Assembly (NCBI RefSeq): GCF_902459465.1
Contig: NC_047080.1
Coordinates: forward strand, 4,712,001 to 4,776,000
Length of the DNA stretch: 64,000 nt
From: Asterias rubens
Lineage: Eukaryota
Reading direction: 5' to 3'
In this document: one piece after another, positions 24,561 through 36,397 of the stretch
Numbering within the stretch: position 1 is the stretch's first letter
Layout: each line of letters starts with the position of its first letter
Program-made: the position numbers and the translations under genes
The notes under the pieces: generated by a model
Database searches by the model: none
Seen by the model: only the letters and a program-made list of their open reading frames with translations
What the model was told of the DNA's origin: nothing

Positions 24561-25329
24561 AAGGTTCAACTTGGATTTTGACCATCTCAGTGGAAAGTGA
24601 GAAGGTAGCCAGTCAATAACCTGCTTACAAGTGCTACTTATGGTTAGCAGCTTCAGAAATGTTAACATATCTGGTAAAATTCTCTACACCCTGATGGAGT
24701 GTAAAAAATATTGCTTAGCAATCAGTCTCGAAAACCCTTCTTAAACTCTGAGTAACCTTTTACTAAATTCTGGCTAGACCCTAGCTGGGTGGGCTCTGAG
24801 AATTCTTTCTCACTTCTCTGCACTATTCAAGAAACACACTTATGTCTGTCAGCAATAAATAACCACTCTTAATTTATGTAGGTGTCAGGACACTACTTTT
24901 TGACACCCTTGTCCCAGGGCAGTCTGTCTCCAGGACAACTGAATACAACCAAAAATGACCCTTGAAATTTGGAATCAAATGGTTCATTTCCTGAGATGAG
25001 ATTTCCTGTTCTGGTGGATAGACTTTTACAATCAAGAGAGTCAAATCTCTTGTGGCAATTTTAGTTTCACAACCTGGAAATGAAATATAAATGACCATTC
25101 TGAAACTAAGTGTACTATTCTTGAGGTGGTTTAGATGAGAGTAGAAATTGCCTGGTGATGAAGAATAAGAGGGTCTCAGGATAACCATTAACTTTACAGC
25201 AGAGAAAATGCTTTGTTAAAAACGATTTCCTGAGGTGATAAATTAGAAAGCTTGAAAATGGTCCAACAGTTCTGAGGATTTACAGACTTTTTACGCCACA
25301 ACAGTTTAGTTTGAACAATGTCTAGCACA

Positions 25330-25444
25330 AGTACTTTCTCACAATGTTTTATACTACCAACCTCTCCCCATTACTCGTTACCAAGTGAGGTTTTATGCTA
25401 ATAATTATTTTGAGTAATTACCAATAGTGTCCACTGCCTTTAAA
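25330..25444 (+). mobile_element. Kolobok-like MITE family A, 3' fragment
   Basis: ...gagtaattaccaatagtgtccactgcctttaa. Confidence 0.75.
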
Positions 25445-25689
25445 TTTGAATTCCACAGACTTCAGAGACAGTTGCTATGTCACATGGGTTGGGGCAAGCT
25501 TCTGCGAAGTTATGTAAGAGACGGCAAACACTCAGTATATGATATGATATCGAAGTCTTATAAAAATAGCACACATATCTACCAAACAAGGTACTCAAGG
25601 CGCTGATTATATACAACCTTCCAGAAAGATAGGTTATTACAGTGATGAATTCTGAGACCCAATTATTTAGCACCTTCTAAGCACCTAAC

Positions 25690-25960
25690 ATTGTTCTACG
25701 GCGCATATAGCAGCCACAGCCAGGAACACCGGGGCGAACCCCTTCTGTTTTTGATAAGTGTACTGGGTTCTTTTACATGCACTACACAACACATGGGACC
25801 AGCGGCTTTACATCCCATCCGAAGGACGAAGCAATGTAAAAGTGTCTTGCTTTTAAAAGGACACAAGTGTCTCCGCCGGGGATTCGAACCCACACTCTGC
25901 TGATCAGAAACACCAGAGTTTAAATTCGATGCTCTTAACTGCTCAGCACCGACACTTCCA
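25690..25960 (-). mobile_element. tRNA-Leu-headed SINE with Deu-domain-like body
   Basis: Same head as the 49360 SINE; body cttcggatgggatgtaaagccg..ggtccc..taaaagaaccc..aggggttcgccccggtgttcctggc resembles the Deu domain of AmnSINE1/DeuSINEs (recalled). Confidence 0.7.
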
Positions 25961-26360
25961 CAGTGCACACTTTTAAATGAATGTGTATGGCACATAAGTA
26001 ACAGGCTTTGCCTAGCAGGAGGTTGCTATACAAAAGCATGCCTGAACCATGTGACATAGCAACAATACTCTGATGAATGCTGTTTGATTATCATATATTT
26101 TTACTGTGTACAATAACTTTCTGTAATATAAGTGTGACATTTCCAGACTGGTTCCATTTAACTTATTGCCAGATCAATCCGACTGTTGGTTGAAATTCAA
26201 GCCAGATGTATGGTAAGTGTATGGACACACCATTGGGAGTTGACCACTACTCTGGACAACTACTGGATTACAACTAGTAGCACCTTTGGGAGCATCCGTT
26301 GACCTCAAAGACCTCAGGAGAGTAACAGTGTATAGAACAATAATCCTTACTCGCCGTCGC

Positions 26361-26690
26361 TTAAAGGCATTGGACACCTTTGGTAAATTGTCAAAGACCA
26401 GTATTCTCACTTTGTGTAGCTCAACATTTTGCATAAAATAACAAATCTTGGAAAAATTTGACTCAATAGCTCGGATATCAAAGTTGTAAAAGAACAATGA
26501 AAGAAAAAACAGCCTTGTTGCATTAGTTTGTGTGCTTTCAGATGCATAATAAAAGTCTTTAGCAAGAAATTTCCTCTTTCTCAAAAAATACATTACCACC
26601 GGAGCCGTTTCTCACATCGTTTGATACTGTCAACAATGCTCTCCATTGCGCGTTACAAAGTTTGCCAACAATTATTTTTAGCAGTTACCT
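26361..26690 (+). mobile_element. Kolobok-like MITE family A, diverged
   Basis: ttaaaggcattggacacctttggtaaattgtcaaagacc plus body. Confidence 0.78.
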
Positions 26691-26760
26691 AATGGGATCT
26701 TTGGTTTAATTCTGTACTGACAACAGTTCTATTATTATTAACTTGTTCTGGACAGCATAA

Positions 26761-27847
26761 CAGCTGCGCAAGCACCACGGGGGAAATGAGTTTTGCAATT
26801 TGGATAAAAGACCTGAACTTTTTAGATGAAAGTTTTGACAGGTTTGGAAATTTGACTTGGTGCAGATGAATACACTGGTAGTAAAAACTGCATGCATGGT
26901 GGCTCACAGAAGAGCGCTTTTGCTGCTTTATAATAGTAATTCTTACAAATAAATTTCAGCATCAGCTTTCTTTGTGGATAAATTTGTTAAGTGTGAAAAG
27001 AGGAAAAGGGTGTTTTGGGTACCTTAAGAAGACTCAATTGTGAAGAACCATTTGCTGGAAATTTTCATTGAACTAAATACACCTGTAATATTTATAACCA
27101 ATCAATCAGCCTTCGAGAATCTAATTTATATGAAGACAGGTCTTCCTCTAAGGGCCAGTATCCCATTCAAATTAACTGCAATACTTTTCAATGAATTATC
27201 ATCCGGCGTGAATTTAAAAAAATCAGTGACAAAAGTAAACAACCTGGGATGTTATCAATCTTTGAGGGCTGTAAGTTTGAAGGAGTATGATCAACTCAAA
27301 ACCATTTTGAAAATCCTCACAAAACAAACAATTTCCAATCACCCTTTCTGAAAAAAATCCCTAACAAAACCATCCACCCACTTCATCAAACTTTTCAACT
27401 TTTTGACAAAGCCATTCAAAAAAGTTGCTACCTGTAAGCCTAAAAAAAAATCTGTCTTTTCTGTCTGTATACAAAAGCGGAATTACCAAGTACAAAGTAA
27501 AACTGCCCACGGGCTTTGATGTTTTAACCATATTAAATAAAGTGCAGATCCCCAAACACACAAAAGTATTTGCAGAGTTGGACAGGTTTTTGGAATCGGA
27601 GCTTGACAAAAGTTTTTTTTGATACAGGGTTCAGAGACATTGAAAGGGTGTCAGGAACGTGAGTTATGGGATGTTTTTCTTGTCCAGTCTTGACAAGTCA
27701 GAGAAGGATTGTAGTTTTGGTTCGATTTATATGATCTGTGTTGAACCAAGAAGGAAAAGTAGGTTTAAGGTAAAACAAATAATACATTTTATTGTACTTG
27801 AACAGCTGTCTAAATATGTACTGCAGAGCTTAAACCTCAATTTTTGA
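26761..27847 (+). pseudogene. Decayed unspliced reading frame (about 360 codons) of unknown family, antisense within KDM8 intron 7
   Basis: One register with 7 internal stops and one frameshift in an A run; three track ORFs (27040, 27425, 27659) are its pieces. Confidence 0.55.
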
Positions 27848-30800
27848 GACAGAAGTTGTTTGGTTTAACCAGAAATTATGTAGACTACAAATGGCTGGGC
27901 TTGGGATTGGATGGGAGGGGGCATGTTTAACCCCCATATTTTGGCCAGGTGAGGGGTAGCCCATGGGATCCTTAGAATGTGACCAAACTATAACTGCCTC
28001 TAGCTACTGACTGGGATGGCTTCAGTGGTCTAGTGGTAAGAAATCTGTACGAGCATGGCAAAGGTCAGGGGTTCGAATACCAACCCGAGTAATATGTGAA
28101 TTTTTGTCCACAGGTCTCAGGAAAGTAAGGTGCAACGTTCAATACGGTTCACTTTGATGATAAGGTTGCACCTGTGTCTACTTTTGTGTCTAGGAATCCG
28201 AACTGTGTACACTGTAACTATGTACAAGTACAGTACAGGTGTAGGCCTATATTACACACAGAAGGTAAACTTATGATTTACAGGTAACCTGGCCACTGTT
28301 GTGTCATATTCTCTTTGAATAAAAAAGGGTGAAAAAGGGCATTCGTCTGAAAGGGAAGAGGGGTATAGAATGAGTGATAAAAAAATTGTGCTAATAAATG
28401 AATGGTGATTTGTGTTTAGATTTGTCAAGCATACATGATGTACAAAAGTTTGTGTGAGGGACAGGGAGAAGAAGGGGGTAAAGAAAGGGGAGGAAGCCCC
28501 ACCCCACTTATAAAACCTCCCAAATAACTGTTCATGTAGTAGGCCTATGTCTTTTAGGCGCTACATTACTGTTTTTCTGGGGCATTATTGGTTGTCAGGG
28601 ATTTCAGTGCAACTACTGAATTTAACAAGAACATTGTGACTCTATTGTATTGCCCATTTCTAAAACTACAAGATTAACATTGTCAGCACACTTGTGAATT
28701 TAAAGCTAACACAAGTGTCAAAGATTTACATTACAAATCCCAGCACTTTACAGCATTCTTCCTGTAAAACCATTCACAATGTAACAACACCTCCCTTCAG
28801 GAATAACATGTTAATGTAGCAAAGTACATAACAGTCACTAACTTGCTGAACGTGCCAATGACAAGAAACTATGACGCATCCATTGTAAAACCAGCCACTG
28901 GAACTATAGTACTAAAGCAGACTTGTCATCGGGTCACAGCGCCCCTAGTTATACTTTGTCTCTATACCAAGTCTATACAACCACCATTTATTCCAGGTGT
29001 AACTATTGTGTCTGACTATCATCGGCCGACTGCGGACACGTTTTCTTTTCAGCGACAAAGCAAAGTCAATCTATACTCTGAAAACCACCCCCCTAAGTCA
29101 GACTTTACGTCCTCAGGATTTCAAACACTGCTTAATATAATTCTCACTTTCCAAAAAAGCAGGGGTTAAACTGTTCAAGAAATGGAAAGTAATTTGTTTT
29201 TTTGCTATGAGGTCGTCTCATGCGGTTGATCTGAACAAAGTGTTCAGTTGCCGTTTGGTAAATGTAGCAAACACACGGAATAATCCTGTTTGATCCAGGG
29301 ATCAGTTTGCCATTAATATGTTGATTCCAACAACAAATATTCCAAAGAAACCTTTTCAGCTTTTGTTCAACTTGGCGATGATCACTGGAGGGGGGAATTT
29401 CTGACATTGTTGGGTGATGGCTTTTTGATGTGAGCTGGTGTTGTAACCCGAAGCGGAGCTCAAGAACTTGTTGTTATGGAAGCTGGAATAAGTTCTCGGA
29501 TGTTTAAAGTTTACAGTGCTGTGTAGAGTTTCAAACATACTCTCAACATAGTATTTATTTATTTCTTAAGTATCAAACAGAACAATAAGCGGTGAAATGA
29601 TTGTGAAACGAGAAGAAACATTCAGTTTACATGTTGGAGGAAAGCCCCAAATTGGGAAAACACATGAAATTGTAAAACCTGAAATGAAATTTAAACTGAA
29701 GGTAAAGAACTTTGTTTAAATTATATTGTTTTATTTTTTCGTTTCCAATTCTAATTTCTCGACAATGGTTTGCAATATTGGTGAACCGGTTGAAGTTTTC
29801 TAACTATTTAATTAATTAAACAAGTGACTCGTGACTCGGACCAAGTGACTCGGGACTCCCCCTCGGACTCGACCCAAGTGACTCGACTATAACACTGCAT
29901 GAAGGTACTATTTGAAACTTTGCACGGTGGCAGTATTAACTAAGGGGGGTTTACTCATGGGAGATTTCACATAGCGTACTGCAAACATCTCTTAGTTTAA
30001 AAACCCATGCAACCAGTCAGTGACGACCAAATCCATATATGCAAGGCTTTGGTCTGAGATGGGATTCGAACGGGGGTCCACAGAAGTGAAAGGCAGGGAC
30101 AGAAACCACTCAGCCCGTTGGTTTCTCTATCATGTATTTTATCACCATGCTGTTCCAACCCTCTCCAATCTGTGGTAAGGAAATAGGAGACTTTCCAACG
30201 CTAGGTGGCAGCAGACATACCGGGTAAATTTCAATTGTTTACGTAGTTCTGAACATGCGCATAATTCTGAGAACAATGGATTTACCCGGTAAGTCTGCTG
30301 CCCTCTATCGTCCCAGAAAGTCTCCCATTTGCCAATCAGGTCAAAGGGTGACTCAGAGAGAGAGAGCGAGACCAAGAGAGCAAGAAAGGGAAAGCGTCTT
30401 CTGAGAAACTTGCCGCCACTTCAGTCAGATGGTGGTCTGTAATCTGAAGTGACTTGAGATGCATCATTGAGGGTGTTTTTTATCTAAGATTGGATCAAGT
30501 AAAGAGGTATAATAACTGAGACATCAAAGCTGCTTCCAGAAATGATTTCAAAATCCCGGGGGGTCACTGACGAGTCAATAAACTTTCCCCCTCAGTCGTT
30601 ACCAATGACCCGTTTGAAATAAATAATCTCAGTTAAATTTGCTGGCATCGGTCCGTCTCGAGAGACAATTGAATTGAATGCGCTAGTTGGGTTTTAGAGG
30701 TGCAGCGCCTTCTACGGCTGAACAATCCAATCCTGGAAAGGCATGTCTTGTTACAGTTGATGCAGATATATGTCACGTACTCATAATTTAGTTAAATTAA

Positions 30801-31044
30801 TCACTTTGTAATCGTCTATTACGAACAAAGGGGATGGTTGACTGTATGTCAGAGATTTAATTAATAATGGTCAATGACTGTATCGTTTCTTTCTTCCCTG
30901 GATTTGGGTGATGAAAGTTTGACAAAGGGTCATAATTAAGAAAGTGACTTGCAAGATCTTAGTGGTTGGAAGCTAAGATTGACTTTTTGTAGAGTACTAT
31001 TCTTTTATAGAATTTGGAAGAGTTCATTCATAACAGGTGGTAAA

Positions 31045-34000
31045 CTATGGCCGGCCAAAAGGGCCAAAAGCTAAATAAAATAAAAACAAAAATATATTTT
31101 TGAAAACTAACATAACAAAAAAAACTCAAAGAACAATTACAAATATTAAAGATAAAAAATAAAACAAATAATAAATTAACAAAATATATGTGTTGTTCGT
31201 AAACACAGAGCATCAACAGTTTAAAATGAATAACATAACAAACAAAAACAGTATACTGTAAATTTAGACGAAAGGGAAAAGCTAAAGAATTAGTCAAAAC
31301 TGGAAATATTGATCCATTAGAAAAAAATTACACTAAATAAAATAAAAATTTAACAATAAAAAAAATGTTTATCCCTTAAAATAATCCATTGGAAAGAAGA
31401 TTACACTAAATTCAAAACAAGGTTATAATAAAAAAAAATGTCGTCCCTTAAAAATACATACACGAAATGTTTTTAAATTAACAATAAAAAAAAACAATAA
31501 AAATAAAATCCAATAAAATAATCCTTTAGAAAAAAAATACACTAAATAAAATAAAAAAAAAATAAAAAAATGTTTGTCCCTTAAAAATAATTACACGAAA
31601 TTTAACAATTAAAAAAACCATATCCAATAAAATAATCCATTAGAAAAAAAAAATACTAAAAAAATGAAAAAAAATAAAAAGGTTTGTCCCTTAAAAATAA
31701 TTACACGAAATGTTTTAAAATTAACATTAAAAAAAAACTATCCTTAAAAAAATTACATTAATTTACATAACAAATAAATTACATTAATTTTTTTAAAGTA
31801 ACTCCACCTGAAAACCAACAACGTCAACTAAAATGCACAAGCTACGTTTAAAAATTTAAACAAACATTGAGGGGTTCAAACTAAAGACAAATTTTGTAAA
31901 GGACAAATTGTGTAAAGGACAAAAACAAATTGTGTAAAGGACAAATTTCAGAATTAACGAACAAAAGTTTTTACGAACTGACCATAAATGAACATAGAGG
32001 GCGCGTATAATGGCGAGTTGCGAATTTATTTCCCAGTGGTAAGGCCAAGATTTCCCATTGGCTGCAAGACAGCATCTTCATCGTACATCACTTCTCGCCG
32101 GTCCAGTGTTCCCCTATTATTAAAGCTATTATCATATAATTAGAACAGCTGTATGGGTTGAAACATGTGATTTCATGGAGCCATAATAATAAAAAACAAT
32201 TTTATTTCACAGTTGACCGCCCCGCCTTTGCTTGCAGTGCATGGGTCCATGCATGATGGGTTCATGTACATGTATATGTACAGTCCATGCATGGTGGCGA
32301 TCATTGATAAAAACCTGTGCTTTCATGGCTGATCATGTGTGTGCTATGGACCTGCAAAAAATGTTATAATGGGGGTTTTCATGTACACATCAGAGCACTG
32401 GAGCCCGCCCCCAATTCCATGGCTCTGTGTACTGTGCGTATCGACGCTTTCGGAAGCAGGGAATTCTGCACTATGTCAAGCGTGTATTCACAAGATAGCG
32501 GGGAATTTCGGCTCTTGCGCATTCGTACTCTACGTTAGCAGCTCCTCACCGTAAGCAAAGAATCAACACTTTGGAAAGCAGGAAATTCTTTGCTTACGTC
32601 AACATTTTCACAGGTTAGCGGGGGATTTTGTTGTGCCCGTGCGCACTTCACGAATTTGATCGCGACTACTTTCATAGTACGGTCTTAGTCGCACGACTAA
32701 CCAAGTGGGTTGAATACCAATAGTCGCGACTCGACTAAGCAATCAAAATCCGCAATTTCCCATGAGTTGTTCCAAAAGATATGGTTAAGACTACGTTCCA
32801 AAAGATATTATGTATTATAGTGTTGTGATAATACTTACGAAGGACTTGTACAAGTCTACACTCATGCTTTTAATCTTTTGCTAGTAAGCCCATTGTATGT
32901 CACACAACCAGATCTACAGTTGCTCAATAAACCTTTGTGTTTCAACTTATAACAAAAAGTCTCCAACCTTATAACCATGGTTGTTCCTTGGCTACGCAGC
33001 TACTCAGATACGCTTACGTTCCAAGATACGCTTACTTTCCTTCAAGTTACGCTATACTATCAAAACGGTATACATTTTCAAGCCTGAGTCAAGCTACGCT
33101 TACGTTCCAAAATAGTAGCTACGTTTACGTTCCAAGATACCCAGCTATGCTTTACAAGCTACCCAGCTACGCTTTACATTCCAAGACACATTTAATGTAG
33201 GTTCCAAGTTACGCTATATTGTATCAAAAGGTCTCTTTCAATCCCTAGTCGATAGGCTCACGTTTCAAGATTTGCAGCATCACTTACGTTTCAAAAACCA
33301 AGGACGCTTTCGAATCCCTCAAGATTCCCTTCCCCCAAGATTAAAAAATCTTTCACTGTGAATACTAACAGGGCCCACCAGTTTCATTTGTTTAGCAAAT
33401 CATACTGCTAACAAAATTTCTTCACTACCAAAAAATTTAATCGGGCACCAGCCAAAAGTCCAAAATTTCAACTGGTTTTCAGAGCAGACTGTATCACTGA
33501 TTTTAATTTATTTTCATGTTATCCCTGATCGTAAGCCACCAGAGTAGGCCAGCTTTCAGCTGCTTATGGCAAAATGCTCCATATGGATCCTACCTCCATG
33601 GATACCAAACAATAGTTTTTAACTTTTAAGTCGTCTTGCAATTTCATGACCAGCATCTGAGACCATAGAGGAAATTATAGCTTTAATAATAGGGGAACAC
33701 TGGCCCGGCGCGAAGTGATGTACGATGAAGATGCTGTCTTGCAGCCAATTGGAAAATCTTGGCCTTAACCTTAAAAACAACCAGGAAAATAAATTCGCGA
33801 GTCGCCATTATACGCGCCCTCTATGTTCATTTATGGTCAGTTCGTAAAAACTTTTGTTCGTTGATTCTGAAATTTGTCCTTTACACAATTTGTCCTTTAC
33901 ACAATTATTTTGTCCTTTACAAAATTTGTCTTTAGTTTGCGCCCTCAGTGTTTGTTTTAATTTTTCAACGTAGTTTGTGCACTTTAGTTTACATTGTTGG

Positions 34001-34594
34001 TTTTTAGGTAAGAATTAATTTTAAAAAAAGATTTTTTTTTTTTTACGGATAGTTTTTTTTATTGTTAATTTGAAAAACATTTCGTGTACTTATTTTTAAG
34101 GGACAAACATTTTTTTATTATAAATTTTTATTTTATTTAGTGTATTTTTTTTCTAATGAATTATTTTATTGGATAGTTTTTTTTATTGTTAATTTAGACA
34201 CATATTTGGGACAAACGTTTTTTATTATAACCTTTTTTTTTTTTAATTAGTGTGTTTTTTTTCCAATGGATTATATTAAGGGATAAACATTTTTTTATTG
34301 TTAATTTTGTTTTCATTTAGTGTAATTTTTTCTAATGGATTAATATTTCCAGTTTTGATTAATTCTTCAACTTTTCCCTTTAGTCTAAATGTACAGTATA
34401 CTGTTTTTTTTGTTTTTTTTAAACGATATTCATTATAACTTTTTGGTGCTCTGTGTTTACGATCAACACATATATTTCGTTAATTTATTATTCGTTTTAT
34501 TTTATTTTATTTGATTTTCGTTTTTTATGTTAGTTTTCAAAAATATAGTTAGTTTTTATTTTATTTAGCTTTTGGCCCTTTTGGCCGCCCATAG
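31045..34594. mobile_element. Non-autonomous foldback-type DNA transposon, 3.55 kb, TIRs about 1085 and 920 bp
   Basis: CTATGG(C/G)CGGCCAAAAGGGCCAAAAGCTAAATAA at the left end and its reverse complement at the right; arms 31045-32130 and 33676-34594; AT-rich subterminal tandem subrepeats; TAAA directly outside both ends; no transposase ORF seen. Confidence 0.88.
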
Positions 34595-36088
34595 TAAACG
34601 TGGTTGTAATAATGCAGGCTTAGAATAACTTGGAGGCCAAGGAGGCCCTGTTGCCCGATGTCTTTACCTTGGTGCCCCTTCAGTTTCCCATATACTTTAA
34701 CATTTTCCACTGGAAGTGCCCCTTGCAAACTAGAAATGGCCTTGTACTCTTAAAGATTATCCAGGCCAGTAATGCTCGTCAGATTTGGGTCAAGAATTGA
34801 GTAAATGAGGGCTGGCATGGGACTGTGACTGGGATCAGTCACTGAGGGATGGGGTTGAAAGGGTGAGGAACCAGTACCAGACTAAAATGCCCATCAAGTC
34901 CAGAAGTGCCACAATCTAATAATTTAGTTATCTCAAAAACCTTGTTCTTATACTTTTCCTGTAACTTAATTTGCTTTTTAGAAATGTCTGTGAACTGTCA
35001 GGAAACCAATGGAAACAGTTCAACTCAGCCGTAGTCACTTCTCTGTAGGCACTTCCTTTAATAGGGTGTCAGATTTTACTTCAAGAAATCAGTGCAGACA
35101 CTGGTTAGAGGGACAGAGGGAGTCATAAAACAGTCACCTGGTCATCACTCAGCTTGGGAACTGAGGAAGGGAAGGGGACATAAAACAGTCACCTGCACCA
35201 ATGACATGTTTCCATCACACATTGAATTTACAAAGCCTCCTGAATCAAACTTTCAAAACTTCCAACACTACAGTTATCACAGAACTTACACGTACTCTTC
35301 AGACTAAGACTAGCCTGGTTAACGTCGTCTGGTAAAACATTTACAATGTATGGGCTAGTAAATGCCACTTCTCCATTTGCCACATGGTCTACTAAAAACT
35401 GTGCAACCTACTTGTTTAAAATTATCATAGTTCCTCCTTTTCAGATCAGAGGATGTGAATGTTAATAGATTGAAGATACCTTTATGGCAAAACATGCTTC
35501 TAAAATCTAGGCTACCCAAATTTCCTAGGGGAAGTAAAAAGTGCTTTGTTATTATCCCTGTTCATCAGGCATACTTTTAGAACATTCCTCTAACTTTCTA
35601 CAACCTCAAGCTGCTTAAACTAGTGCTAATAATAATAATATGGATTTATAATGCGTACTTTTCCAGAAACCGATCAAGGCGCCTACACAAAATGCTAAGA
35701 AGTTAGTGCCATCACAGTACTGTCTCAGCCCTCACAGGTTCCCATTAATACACCTGGGTTAAGAGAAGCAATCATGGTTAAGTCCCTCGCTCAAGGACAA
35801 AAAATGTCATGACTAGGAATTGAACCCGGTCCCTGATGATCCAGCAATCAGAACATTTCGCCAGCAATTCCCTACGAGACACCACACCAGCCCTGTATGC
35901 TTAATTTTTGGTAGGGCAAGGGCACCAAGTATTTTTCTCCTTGGTAAAGGGCACCTTAAGGAAGTTGTAAGTTTCTACTGGATCATTTCAAAGGCACCAA
36001 GGTAATGATCGGGGGCATGAAGGCAATCGCCTTTGATGCATCTGTGAAGTATCAGGCCTGCCACAATACAAATTTGTGAAAGTCTTAC

Positions 36089-36397
36089 CTGGCTAGTATT
36101 ATGCAGAAGATGGCTTTGATGTGGGTAGACGCTAGGTGTCATATCTTCTCCATAAAGACGAATGTATTTCTCTCCAACCACCTGAGATAGACAGTTGTGT
36201 TTAGGGTCAGTGTGTAGAGGGGAGACGGTGCCAGCTGGTCCGAACCAAGCATTGATGTCTACTTCATCATCAAGATTCTCATCATCACTAGTGGCATCTT
36301 CAAGGTCATCTTCAGCAGAGATGGGGTTGGGATTGTCAGTGTTGTCATGGATACAGCAGTAATCTGGGACGCAGATGTCGTCTCGGAGCTCAGGGAT
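36089..36397 (-). CDS. KDM8: KDM8 coding exon 7, JmjC core ([14 protein letters not shown]...[35 protein letters not shown]...HLLHNTSQ)
   Basis: tcttcag| acceptor, CAG|gtaaga donor, 103 open codons; HxD iron-binding motif (HTD) and the 2-oxoglutarate Lys (GEKY) present. Confidence 0.96.
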
